Of a stretch of DNA of 64,000 nt, positions 26,591 to 36,074 are shown in pieces (the stretch's first letter is position 1; each line of letters opens with the position of its first letter). This DNA comes from Acidimicrobiales bacterium (GTDB lineage Bacteria > Actinomycetota > Acidimicrobiia > Acidimicrobiales > CATQHL01). The notes beneath the pieces are model-generated. The model saw nothing but the letters and a program-made list of their open reading frames with translations, searched no databases and was not told where the DNA came from. Made by a program: the position numbers and the translations under genes. Location: assembly GCA_965116465.1 (NCBI GenBank), contig OZ220687.1, forward strand, positions 3,016,972 to 3,080,971, in the 5' to 3' direction.

Positions 26591-26696
26591 GGAATTGGGG
26601 GTGGTCGGGTGGTGACATGCGGCTGATCGGCCGGTGCGGATGCCTGTCTTCGGTGTCCGGTCGCGTGTGTCGCAGCAGCGCGCGGGGCTGGCGCGG

Positions 26697-27494
26697 TTAG
26701 TCGGCGGCGTGGGCCCACCAGCGGCCGCGGTGGTGCTCCAGGTCCAGGTCCATGGCGAAGCAGGCGCTGAGGCGCTCGGCGGTGAGGACCTCCTCGATGG
26801 GCCCGGCGGCGATCACGCGGCCCTCGCGCAGCAGCAGGACGTGGTCGAATCCCGCCGGGATCTCCTCGACGTGGTGGGTCACGAGCACCGTCGGCGGCGT
26901 TGTGGGGTCGGCGCTGAGGGCGTCCAGAGTGCGCACCAGTTCCTCGCGCCCGGCGAGGTCCAGGGCGGCCGTGGGCTCGTCCAGCAGCACCAGTCCCGGC
27001 TCGGTCATGAGTGTCCGGGCGATCTGCACCCGCTGGCGCTCGCCCGAGGAGAGCAGGCCGAACTGCTGCGCGGCCAGGTGGCCGCAGCCCATCCGCTCCA
27101 GCAGGTCGGCGGCCCGCTGCCGGTCGGCGTCGCTGTAGCTGTGCCACCACGGCTCCAGGGCCCCGTGGCGGGCGGTCATGACCGCCTCCAGCGCGCTGAT
27201 CGTGGGGCGGATGCGATCGGAGAGCATGGCCGAGGCGTAGCCCACCCGGTGGCGCATGCGGCGCACGTCGACGCGGCCCAGGCGCCGGCCCAGGACCTCC
27301 ACCGTGCCCTCGGTGGGATGCAGGTAGAGGGCCGCCACCCGCAGCAGCGTGGACTTGCCCGCCCCGTTGGGGCCGAGCACCACCCAACGCTCACCCTGGT
27401 CGACCGTCCAGTTCACGTCGGCGAGCAGCGGCCGCCGGTCCCGCACCACGCCGACGTTGCTCAGCCGCAGGGCCCGGGGTGGCACAGGGATCAT
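26697..27494 (-). CDS. ABC transporter ATP-binding protein (ModF/YlmA-like)
   Basis: WVVLGPNGAGKSTL, LSSGERQR, LLDEP, LVTHHVEEIP; start ATG 27494. Confidence 0.93.
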   Translation of the reverse strand: MIPVPPRALRLSNVGVVRDRRPLLADVNWTVDQGERWVVLGPNGAGKSTLLRVAALYLHPTEGTVEVLGRRLGRVDVRRMRHRVGYASAMLSDRIRPTISALEAVMTARHGALEPWWHSYSDADRQRAADLLERMGCGHLAAQQFGLLSSGERQRVQIARTLMTEPGLVLLDEPTAALDLAGREELVRTLDALSADPTTPPTVLVTHHVEEIPAGFDHVLLLREGRVIAAGPIEEVLTAERLSACFAMDLDLEHHRGRWWAHAAD

Positions 27495-29464
27495 CGGCTC
27501 ACCTCCTGAGGGTCGGCGTTCATGTCGACGGTCACCGAGGCCGCGCCGTTGCCGGCGGCGTGGGCCTCCCACGTGGCGTACATGGCTGCGTAGAGCCCAC
27601 CGGCCTCCACCAGTTCGGCGTGGCTTCCGATCTCGGCGATCCGCCCATTGTCGACCACGGCGATCCGGTCGGCGCGCATCGCCGTGGCCAGGCGGTGCGC
27701 CACGATGACGGCGGTCCGTCCCTCCAGCAGGGCGTCCAGTGCCCGCTCCACCTGGGCCTCCGAGCGCAGGTCCAGGTTGGACGTGGCCTCGTCGAGGATG
27801 AGCACGCGCGGTCGGGCCAGGAAGGCCCGGGCCAGGGCCAGCAGCTGGCGCTCGCCCGCCGACAACGAGGCGCCGCGCTCGTGACACGGGGTGTCCAGGC
27901 CGTCCGGCAAGGACGACACGAACGCCTCCAGGCCCACGACCCCGCAGGCCTCGGCCACCTCGTCGTCGCCGGCGTCGGGGCGGGCGAAGCGGATGTTGTC
28001 CCCGATGGTCCCGTTGAACAGGAACGGCTCTTGGGGCACCACGCCGAACTGCCGGCGCAGCGACTCCAACTGCACGGTGCGCAGGTCGGTGCCGTCGATC
28101 CGCACCATGCCCTCGTCGGGGTCGTAGAACCGCACCGCCAGCTTGGCGATCGTGGACTTGCCGGCCCCGGTGGCGCCGACGATGGAGAGGCTCCCGCCCG
28201 CGGGGATGTCGAGGTTCACGTCCCGCAGCACCAACTCGCCGCCGTCGTAGGAGAACGACACCCCCTCGAAAGTGATCCGGCCCTCGATGGGGCCGAGCGG
28301 CACGGCGTCGGGCGCCTCCTCCACGTCGGGCCGGCGGGCGAGCAGCTCCCGCAGCTTGGCGGTGGAGGACTGGCCCTGCTGGTAGGAGTTGTAGAGCACC
28401 ACGAGTTGGCCGATCGGGGCGAAGAACGCTGTCAGATAGAGGGCGAAGGCGGTGAGGGAGCCGAGCGTGAGGCGGCCGTCGACCACCAGCCAGCCGCCCA
28501 CGCCCAGGACGACCGCCTGGCCGATGATGCCGACGCCCTCGGCCGCGGAGGCGTATAGCGACGACACCTTGGCGGTGTAGACGTTGGCGTCCTCGTGTTC
28601 GGTCACCACGACCTGGTGCTGGGCCACGTTGCGGCGCCGGCGGTTGTAGGCGGTGATGGTGCGGATGCCGGCCAGGTTCTCCGACAGGTCGGCCAGGACG
28701 ATGGCGATCCGGTCCCGCACCCGGTTGTAGCCCGACTCCGAGGCGCGGCGGAACCACAGCGACATCAGCAGCGTGACCGGCACCACGACGCCCACCGTCA
28801 GCGCCGCCAGGGGAACGTTCAGGTAGAACAGCACGCCGGTGATGACCGCCAGGGTCAGCCCCTGCACGACCATCATCACGAGCCCTTCCTGCAGCAGCAT
28901 CGTGAGCATCTCGATGTCGCTGGTCATGCGGGACATCAGCACGCCCGCCTTCTCGGAGGTGTAGAAGCTCAGCGACATCCGCTGGAAGTGGCTGAAGATG
29001 CGCACCCGCAGGCCGTACATGAGGCGTTCGCCGAGGCGCCCCCCGAGGGCGGTGCGGGCGCGCCCGGCCGCCACGTGGAGCACCACGGTGGCGAAGTAGA
29101 CGGCCACGACGATGCCCAGGATGTCGAAGCGCCGCGCCGAGACGCCGTCGTCGATGCCGATCTGTGTCAGCAGCGGCCCCGCCTGGGTTGCGGCGGCCTC
29201 GAGGATCACGAGGGCCGCCACCACCAGCACGCGCAGCCAGTGGGGCCGCAGCATCGTCCGCAGCGACAGCGGCGCCTCCGCCGGGGGGCGGTGTCCGAAG
29301 TCCACGTCCGGCTCGGGGTGGTCGGGTTCGGCGTCCAGGATGTCCGCCGCCCTGTCGATCATCTCGTCGGGGATGCCCGCGAACGGCAACCCGGCGGCGG
29401 CGTTGGCCTGCGACGAGGACGGGCCCTGCGGCCCGGCCACGTAGGACCCTCCCATGAAGCTCAT
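27491..29464 (-). CDS. ABC exporter, fused permease/ATPase (subunit 2)
   Basis: TM domain, GATGAGKST, LSAGERQ, ILDEATS, IAHR-like motif; start ATG 29464. Confidence 0.93.
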   Translation of the reverse strand: MSFMGGSYVAGPQGPSSSQANAAAGLPFAGIPDEMIDRAADILDAEPDHPEPDVDFGHRPPAEAPLSLRTMLRPHWLRVLVVAALVILEAAATQAGPLLTQIGIDDGVSARRFDILGIVVAVYFATVVLHVAAGRARTALGGRLGERLMYGLRVRIFSHFQRMSLSFYTSEKAGVLMSRMTSDIEMLTMLLQEGLVMMVVQGLTLAVITGVLFYLNVPLAALTVGVVVPVTLLMSLWFRRASESGYNRVRDRIAIVLADLSENLAGIRTITAYNRRRRNVAQHQVVVTEHEDANVYTAKVSSLYASAAEGVGIIGQAVVLGVGGWLVVDGRLTLGSLTAFALYLTAFFAPIGQLVVLYNSYQQGQSSTAKLRELLARRPDVEEAPDAVPLGPIEGRITFEGVSFSYDGGELVLRDVNLDIPAGGSLSIVGATGAGKSTIAKLAVRFYDPDEGMVRIDGTDLRTVQLESLRRQFGVVPQEPFLFNGTIGDNIRFARPDAGDDEVAEACGVVGLEAFVSSLPDGLDTPCHERGASLSAGERQLLALARAFLARPRVLILDEATSNLDLRSEAQVERALDALLEGRTAVIVAHRLATAMRADRIAVVDNGRIAEIGSHAELVEAGGLYAAMYATWEAHAAGNGAASVTVDMNADPQEVSR

Positions 29465-31302
29465 GGCGCCGCCCTCTCGGCGGCACTCGGGCCGGCGGGG
29501 GCCGGGTCCGCGTCCCCGTGGCGACGGCTCTCGGCCTCGCGGGCCTCGGCGTCGGCCAGGACCTGCACGTAGCTCGTGTGGGTGGCCATCAACTCGGCGT
29601 GCGTGCCGGTGGCGACGACCCGGCCGCCCTCGGTGAACACCACCCGGTCGGCCAGGCTGATCGTCGACAGCCGGTGGGCGATCAGCAGTGTGGTGGCGCC
29701 GGCGCGCCGGCGCGCCAGCGCGGCCCCGATGGCCGCCTCCACCCCCATGTCCACGGCGCTCAGCGCGTCGTCGAGGATCAGTACGCCGGGTTCCAGCAGC
29801 AGCGCCCGGGCGAGGGCGATCCGCTGGCGCTGACCTCCCGAGAGGGTGTAGCCGCGCTCGCCGACGATCGTGTCGTAGCCCTCCGGCAGGCTCGCCACGG
29901 TGTCGTGGATCTGAGCGATCTGCGCGGCGCTGATCACATCGGCGAGCGGGGCGTCGGGACGGCCGAAGGCGATGTTGTCCCGCAGGCTGACCGAGAACAG
30001 GAACGGCTCGTCGAAGGCGACCACCACGTTGCCGCGCAGCGATTCCAGGTCGAGGTCGCGCACGTCTTGGCCGGCGAGGCGCACGGTCCCGCCACCGGCG
30101 TCGTAGAAGCGGGCGGCGAGACGCGCCACCGTCGACTTGCCGCAGCCGGTGGGTCCCACCAGCGCCACCGTCTCGCCCGGGGTGATCCGCATGCTGAAGC
30201 CGTCCAGCACCGGCACCGTCGAGCGACCCTCCCCCCGCCCGTAGGCGAAGGTCACGTCGTCGAATTCCAAGCGACCCTCGGCGCGCTCGAGCGCCCGCGC
30301 CCCGGGCGCCGAGGTGATCTCCGGCGGGGTGTCCAGCACCTGGTAGATCCGCTCCGCCGAGGCCGCCGCCCGCTGGCTCTGCATGACGATGAAGCCGAAC
30401 ATCCGGAACGGCAGCTGCAGCATGATGATGTAGGCGCCGAAGGCGAACAGCGTGCCGATCGTGACCTGGCCGTCGATCGCCAGCCAGCCGCCGTACAGCA
30501 GCACCAGACCCATGGCGATGCGCGGCAGCGCCTCCAGCAGGGGGTTGTAGCGGGCCCGGATGTCCACGCTCGTGGCCGAGGCCCATTGCAGCCGCCGGGC
30601 GGCGCGGGAGAGCTTGGCGATCTCGGCCCGCTCGGCGGCGAAGGACTTCACGACCCGGGTGCCGTTGACGTTCTCGTCCACCACCGCCGCCACCTCGGCG
30701 CTGCGGCCCTGGATGATCCACGACAGCGGCAGGAACCGGTTCCGGAAACGGTTGCCGACCAGCGTGGCGACCGGCAGCGCCGCCAGCGCCACGAACGTGA
30801 GCGGCACGTGGATCCAGAGCATCAGGCCGAAGGCCAGGAAGAAGGTCAGCACCGCCATGCCCAGCATGGGGGCGAAGGCGAACAGGATCTGGATGGAGCG
30901 GATGTCGGTGTTGGCGCGGGAGATGATGTCGCCGGAGCTGCTGCGGTCGTAGAACGAGAAGGACAGCCGGCCGAGGTGGCGCTGCATGATCATCCGCAGT
31001 TCGCTGTCGATCCGCAGCGACAGCTTGAAGAGCAGGTAGCGGTAGGCGCCGCCGGTGAGCCCGCGGGCGACCGCCAGGATGCCCAGCAGGATGCAGAGGG
31101 TCCGCAGTCGGTCGCCGAAGCCGTCGCCGGCGGCGTCGATGGCCTCGCGGGCCACCGCCGGGACGGCCACCTGCGTGGCGAGGGCGACGACCCCGCAGGC
31201 GGCGCCGAACGCCAGCAGCGAACGGTGCGCGGCGACGATCGGCCACAGGCGCCGCAGCCAACCCTTGGTGGTGTCCGGGTCGATGTTGGCGGCGGCGGCG
31301 AT
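29461..31302 (-). CDS. ABC exporter, fused permease/ATPase (subunit 1); start uncertain
   Basis: GPTGCGKST, LSGGQRQR, ILDDALSAVD, IAHR; frame is open and protein-like (IDPDTTKGWLRRLWPIV) upstream of GTG 31170. Confidence 0.9.
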   Translation of the reverse strand: MAAAANIDPDTTKGWLRRLWPIVAAHRSLLAFGAACGVVALATQVAVPAVAREAIDAAGDGFGDRLRTLCILLGILAVARGLTGGAYRYLLFKLSLRIDSELRMIMQRHLGRLSFSFYDRSSSGDIISRANTDIRSIQILFAFAPMLGMAVLTFFLAFGLMLWIHVPLTFVALAALPVATLVGNRFRNRFLPLSWIIQGRSAEVAAVVDENVNGTRVVKSFAAERAEIAKLSRAARRLQWASATSVDIRARYNPLLEALPRIAMGLVLLYGGWLAIDGQVTIGTLFAFGAYIIMLQLPFRMFGFIVMQSQRAAASAERIYQVLDTPPEITSAPGARALERAEGRLEFDDVTFAYGRGEGRSTVPVLDGFSMRITPGETVALVGPTGCGKSTVARLAARFYDAGGGTVRLAGQDVRDLDLESLRGNVVVAFDEPFLFSVSLRDNIAFGRPDAPLADVISAAQIAQIHDTVASLPEGYDTIVGERGYTLSGGQRQRIALARALLLEPGVLILDDALSAVDMGVEAAIGAALARRRAGATTLLIAHRLSTISLADRVVFTEGGRVVATGTHAELMATHTSYVQVLADAEAREAESRRHGDADPAPAGPSAAERAAP

Positions 31303-31369
31303 GGCACCGGATGCTATCGCCGGCCCTCCGGCTCACCGGGCCGATGACACCCCGGCGATAGACTGCCCG

Positions 31370-32686
31370 GTGATCAGAGCCGCACTCGGACTTCTCGCGG
31401 TCGTCGCGCTGATCGGCGGCAACGCCTTCTTCGTGGCAGCCGAATTCGCGGCCGTCTCGGTGCCACGAGGCCCCCTGGAGGAGGCGGCGGGCAGCGGCCG
31501 GCGCGTCCGGCGCCGGAGGGCCCGGAGCCTGCTGAAGGTGACCGAGCGGCTCACCTTCCATCTTTCGGCCGCGCAGCTCGGGATCACCGTGATGTCCCTG
31601 CTGCTGGGTTGGGTGGCCGAACCGCTGATCGCCGAGTTGCTGGTGGGAGCATTCGGCTCGGTGCTGAGCGAGTCCTCGGCCCACGCGGTGGCCGTGGCCG
31701 TGGCGCTGGCATTGGCGATGGTGGTCACCCTCGTTGCGGGCGAGCAGCTTCCGAAGATGCTGGCCATCTCGCGTCCGATGGCCACGGGGCTGATCTGCGC
31801 CAGACCGCTGCGGCTCTATGGCTATCTCATGTGGCCGTTCGTCACGCTGTTCAACAGCACCGCCGACCGGGTCGTGCGCCTGGCGGGGCTCGAACCCGCC
31901 GACGAGCTCCGTTCGGTGCGGACCCTGCAGGAGCTCGAGTACATCATTCGGTCCTCGGGGAGCAGCGGCGAGCTGGATCCCGACGAAGTGACGCTGCTGA
32001 CCCGCTCGATCCGGTTCGGAGAGAAGACCGCGGCCGACGCCTTGGTGCCGCGCGTGGAGGTCGTCACCGTCAGTGCCAGCGACACGATGGCCGACCTCGT
32101 GGAGGCGACGGTGGCCAGCGGTCATTCGCGTTTCCCCGTCGTTGACAGCGACCTCGACGATGTCCGGGGCGTGGTCCACGTGAAGGCGGTCCACGGCGTC
32201 CCGCCCGCCGAACGGTCTCGGGTCGCGGTCACAGAGTTCATGCGCGAGGTGTGGGCGGTGCCCGAGAGCGCCGATCTGGAGAGCCTGCTGGGCGAGATGA
32301 GCCGCCGCCGTCAGTCCCTGGCGGTCGTCGTGGACGAGCACGGCGGCACGGCGGGGATCATCACCGCCGAGGACATCACAGAGGAGATCGTCGGGGAGAT
32401 CGACGACGAGCACGACCCGGTCGCCGAGTTGACCCCGGCGGCCCCGCCGGGCGAGTGGCTGCTGGCCGGTGACCTGCGCGCCGACGGTGTCGAGGAGGCC
32501 TGCGGGTTGCGTCTCCCCGACGGCCCGTATGAGACCCTGGCCGGATTCGTTCTGTACCGGCTGGGCCGGATCCCAGCGGTCGGTGACTCGTTCTCGTGGG
32601 AGGGTCGACGCTTCGAAGTCGCCGAACTGGCGCGGCGGCGGATCGCGGCTGTGCGCATCGCCGAGGCCACAGGGGAGCAGGCGTGA
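31370..32686 (+). CDS. Hemolysin/CNNM family protein (DUF21 + CBS + CorC)
   Basis: NAFFVAAEFA, QLGIT---LLLG, GEQLPK, GHSRFPV, VVDEHGGTAGIITAED, YETLAG. Confidence 0.93.
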   Translation: MIRAALGLLAVVALIGGNAFFVAAEFAAVSVPRGPLEEAAGSGRRVRRRRARSLLKVTERLTFHLSAAQLGITVMSLLLGWVAEPLIAELLVGAFGSVLSESSAHAVAVAVALALAMVVTLVAGEQLPKMLAISRPMATGLICARPLRLYGYLMWPFVTLFNSTADRVVRLAGLEPADELRSVRTLQELEYIIRSSGSSGELDPDEVTLLTRSIRFGEKTAADALVPRVEVVTVSASDTMADLVEATVASGHSRFPVVDSDLDDVRGVVHVKAVHGVPPAERSRVAVTEFMREVWAVPESADLESLLGEMSRRRQSLAVVVDEHGGTAGIITAEDITEEIVGEIDDEHDPVAELTPAAPPGEWLLAGDLRADGVEEACGLRLPDGPYETLAGFVLYRLGRIPAVGDSFSWEGRRFEVAELARRRIAAVRIAEATGEQA

Positions 32687-33696
32687 CGGTTCTGGCGCTG
32701 CTGACCGCGGTCGTGCTGCTGGCGGGCAACGCCTTCTTCACAGCCGTCGAGTTCGCGCTGGTGGCCGCGTCGCGCAGCCGCCTGGAGGTGCTGGCCGAAT
32801 CCGGCAACCGGCGTGCCCGGATGGCGGTGCGGGCGATGGGCGATCTGGGCATGCAACTCGCCGGCGCTCAGCTCGGACTCACGATGACCGCCCTGGGCCT
32901 GGGCTACATCGTCGAACCGGCCGTGGCGCACCTGCTGGACGGCGTCCTGGGCGTCTACGGGCACGGCGTCAGCGTCGCGGTTGCGATCGTCATCGTGGTC
33001 TTTGCCCACGTGATGATCGGCGAGATGATCCCCAAGAACGCAGCGCTGTGCAATCCCGAGGCCCTGGCCATGTGGCTGGCGCCGGTGCACCGGTTGTTCG
33101 TGGGAGCGTTCCGGCCCGCCATCCGGGCACTGGAGTGGCTGGTGGCGCTGCTGGTGCGGCTCTGCGGGGTGGAGTTGGTGGATCACTCCTCCAGCGCCCG
33201 CACGCCCGCCGGGCTGTCCGAACTGCTGGCCGAGTCGCGCACCGGCGGCCTGCTCAGCGAGTTCGAGCACACGCTGCTGGCCTCGGCGCTGGAACTGGGC
33301 GAGCGTCCGGTGGCTTCGATCATGGTGCCCCGGGAGCGGATCTGCGCCATCCCGCGGGGCGCCACCGTCGCCGAGGCGGAGGCCACCGTGGTGGCCAGTG
33401 GGCACTCGCGGCTGCTCCTGGGCGATCCCGACCGTCCCGACGGGTTCGTGCATGCCAAGGATCTGCTCACGGTGCCCCCGGACCGGTGGGCCCGGGCCCT
33501 CCCCGCCGGCTGCGTCCGGCGCGCGCTCATGGTGCGCAGCGACCTGCCGCTGGAGGACCTGCTGCGACTGATGCGGCGGCACCGGGTTCACGTGGCCCTG
33601 GTCCGTGAGGGGACCGTTACGGTAGGTCTCGTGACCCTTGAGGACGTTCTGGAGTCGCTTGTGGGTGACATCAGGGATGAAAGCGACGTTCTCTAG
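32683..33696 (+). CDS. Hemolysin/CNNM family protein (DUF21 + CBS)
   Basis: NAFFTAVEFAL, AQLGLT, GEMIPKN, GHSRL, GLVTLEDVLE-LVG. Confidence 0.92.
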   Translation: MTVLALLTAVVLLAGNAFFTAVEFALVAASRSRLEVLAESGNRRARMAVRAMGDLGMQLAGAQLGLTMTALGLGYIVEPAVAHLLDGVLGVYGHGVSVAVAIVIVVFAHVMIGEMIPKNAALCNPEALAMWLAPVHRLFVGAFRPAIRALEWLVALLVRLCGVELVDHSSSARTPAGLSELLAESRTGGLLSEFEHTLLASALELGERPVASIMVPRERICAIPRGATVAEAEATVVASGHSRLLLGDPDRPDGFVHAKDLLTVPPDRWARALPAGCVRRALMVRSDLPLEDLLRLMRRHRVHVALVREGTVTVGLVTLEDVLESLVGDIRDESDVL

Positions 33697-33721
33697 GTTG
33701 AACGTCTCTAGGTTGAACGTC
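33690..33721. repeat. 15-bp tandem duplication TCTCTAGGTTGAACG
   Basis: Copies at 33690-33704 and 33705-33719. Confidence 0.85.
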
Positions 33722-35044
33722 GTGCGCCGCAAGGTGCTGCTGGCACTGCCGATCGTTCTGTTGCTGCTGATGAGTTCGACCTCCGATGCGCAGAACGAAC
33801 TGGAGCAGGTTCGTGAGACCGTGTCGGTGCTCCAGGACGAGATCGACGGGTATCTCGACCAACTGATCGCCACCCAGGCGCGTGCCGACGCGGCCGGCGC
33901 CCGCTACTGGGAGGCCGATCTGGCCCTCTACGAGCTGAACGTCGAGATCGTCGAGCTGTCCGAGACCATCGCCGGGATCGACGCCGAGGTGGCCGCGCTC
34001 CGCCAGCAGATGATCGAGGTCGCCGTGCAGCGCTACATCGATTCGACGACGCCCCCGTCGATCCTGGCCGGCGACGACATCAACCACCAGGCTGCCGTGG
34101 ATGCCCTGGCCCGCTTCGTGCGCGAGGGTTCGCTCGACATCATCGACGACTACCGGAGGGCGAAGGACGACCTGGATCAGGCGCAGGCCCTGCTCGCCGA
34201 GCGCGCCCGGCATCAGCAGGAGCTGATCGGCCAGGCTGCCGCCGCCGCAGCCGAGGTGCAGGCGGAGTTGAACGCCATCGGTGACGTGTACCTGGAGATC
34301 GCACCGCGCCTCTACGAGCAGGACAGGCTGCTGGACGCGCTCGAGGAGGAGGAGCGTCGGCGGATCGAGGAGGAGTTGCGCCGCCGGCAGGCCGAGGAGG
34401 CGCGCCGCTTGGAGGCTGCCCGCGCCGCGGCCATCGCCGCCGACGAGGCCCTCCGCGCCAGGCAGGAGGCCGCCCGGATCGCCGGGGAGGAGGTCGCCCG
34501 GGCCGCTGCGGAGGCGGGTGCGGGCACGTCGCAGGGCGTGCCGGCCGAGCCGGGCACCGGCGCGCTGCCGCCCGTCAGGCCCGGCGAGCCGAGCGACGGA
34601 TCGGCGGCGGCCGCTCCGGTGACAGAACTCCCGGTGCTGCAGGCGGCCAGCGGCTGGGTGTGCCCGCTGGCCGGGCCGTTCAGCCACTTCGACGATTTCG
34701 GCGATCCGCGGCACTACGGAGGCTGGCACAAGGGCAACGACCTCATCGCGCCGACGGGAACCCCGGTCCTGGCGGTCGAGAGCGGGCGTGTCGAGCACCG
34801 CGCCAACCGCATCGGCGGGAACTCGGCGTACCTCTTCGCGGACTCCGGCAACTACTACTACAACACCCATCTCTCGGCGTACGAGAACGTCGGCGCCGGC
34901 TGGGTGCCCGCCGGCGCCGTGATCGGCTACGTGGGCGACACGGGCAACGCCAAGGGTCTGCCGCACCTGCACTTCGAGTACCACCTCGGCGGCCGGGGCA
35001 ACCACATCAACCCGTACCCCATCGTGCACGAGGCGTGCTTCTGA
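33722..35044 (+). CDS. M23 family peptidoglycan endopeptidase with N-terminal coiled coil
   Basis: Signal peptide, coiled coil, HKGND (HxxxD), YYNTHL, IGYVGDTGNA, PHLHFE. Confidence 0.92.
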   Translation: MRRKVLLALPIVLLLLMSSTSDAQNELEQVRETVSVLQDEIDGYLDQLIATQARADAAGARYWEADLALYELNVEIVELSETIAGIDAEVAALRQQMIEVAVQRYIDSTTPPSILAGDDINHQAAVDALARFVREGSLDIIDDYRRAKDDLDQAQALLAERARHQQELIGQAAAAAAEVQAELNAIGDVYLEIAPRLYEQDRLLDALEEEERRRIEEELRRRQAEEARRLEAARAAAIAADEALRARQEAARIAGEEVARAAAEAGAGTSQGVPAEPGTGALPPVRPGEPSDGSAAAAPVTELPVLQAASGWVCPLAGPFSHFDDFGDPRHYGGWHKGNDLIAPTGTPVLAVESGRVEHRANRIGGNSAYLFADSGNYYYNTHLSAYENVGAGWVPAGAVIGYVGDTGNAKGLPHLHFEYHLGGRGNHINPYPIVHEACF

Positions 35045-35100
35045 GCGGCGAGTGGAGGCCGGGGGCCGCGGATCTCGATCGCTGTTCCAACCCGCCCGGT

Positions 35101-35128
35101 CGTCATTCCGGCGCAGGCCGGAATCCAG
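35101..35128. repeat. REP-like palindrome between convergent genes
   Basis: CGTC-ATTCCGGC-GCAG-GCCGGAAT-CCAG. Confidence 0.65.
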
Positions 35129-35131
35129 GAT

Positions 35132-35962
35132 CTAGGGGTCCAGGGTCTCCGCCATCAGGTCGACGAACGCCTGCCGGGCGCCGCTGGTGGCGGGTCCGGG
35201 ACACGCCGGCAGCGCCACGCCGTCCACCGCCGAGATCGGATGCACGTTGCGCGTCGTGGAGGTCAGGAACGCCTCCTGCGCCTCGGCCAGGGCCGCCAGC
35301 GGCACGGTGTGCTCGGTGGCGCCGGTGATCTCCAGCGCCAGGTCGCGGGTCACACCGGCCAGGCAGCCCGATGACAGCGGGGGTGTCAGCAGCCTGCCCT
35401 CCAGCACCAGGAAAACGTTGGTGCCCGTGCCCTCGCAGAGTTCCCCGCGGGTGTTGGCGAAGACCGCCTCGCCGGCCCCGGCGGCGTGGGCCCGTTGCAG
35501 CGCCAGCACGTTCTCGGCGTAGGAGGTGGTCTTGACCCCGGCGACTGCGCCCCGCTCGTTGCGGGGCCACGGCACGGTGATCACCGCCACGTGCGGCGAC
35601 CAGGGCGGCGCCTCCTCGGCGGCCACGACGACGGTGGCCGGCCCGCTCGGCCGGGCCGAGGAGAACCCGCCCGGACCGCTGGTGGCGGTGATCCGCAACC
35701 GCCCCTCGACGATCCCGGTGGCGGCGAGCACGGCGCCGACGGCCTCGCGCAGCTCGCCGGTGCCGGGCAAGTCCAGTCCCAGGGCGGCCGCCGAGCGCGC
35801 CAGGCGCGCCAGATGGCGCCCCACCGCGAACGCCTGCCCGGCGGTGATCCGGACGCTCTCGAAGACCCCGTCGCCCACCAGCAGGCCGTGATCTCGCACC
35901 GAGACGCACGCCGCAGACTCCGGAACGATCGCACCGTTCAGCCAGGCGACCGGATCGTCCAC
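35132..35962 (-). CDS. Class IV PLP aminotransferase (IlvE/PabC-like)
   Basis: WLNG, DHGLLVGDGVFES, HLARL, KTTSY, EGTGTNVF, LAGVTR, EAFLTST. Confidence 0.92.
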   Translation of the reverse strand: MDDPVAWLNGAIVPESAACVSVRDHGLLVGDGVFESVRITAGQAFAVGRHLARLARSAAALGLDLPGTGELREAVGAVLAATGIVEGRLRITATSGPGGFSSARPSGPATVVVAAEEAPPWSPHVAVITVPWPRNERGAVAGVKTTSYAENVLALQRAHAAGAGEAVFANTRGELCEGTGTNVFLVLEGRLLTPPLSSGCLAGVTRDLALEITGATEHTVPLAALAEAQEAFLTSTTRNVHPISAVDGVALPACPGPATSGARQAFVDLMAETLDP

Positions 35963-36074
35963 GAGCCGCAGGCTAGCCGTGGCGCACCGGATCCCGGGAA
36001 CCGCTCGGTGGTGCCGCCGAGGGTCCGGGCGACGGGCGTTATCGTCCTGAGACGGCGGTAGTGTGCCTTTCGCT

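Noticed and set aside
27491-32413. Apparent giant fusions in the ORF track (1640 aa here; also 7146-9872, 26697-29486, 16055-17902, 37994-39844)
   Set aside because: Only the C-terminal parts are coding; the N-terminal parts are off-frame read-through over neighbouring genes
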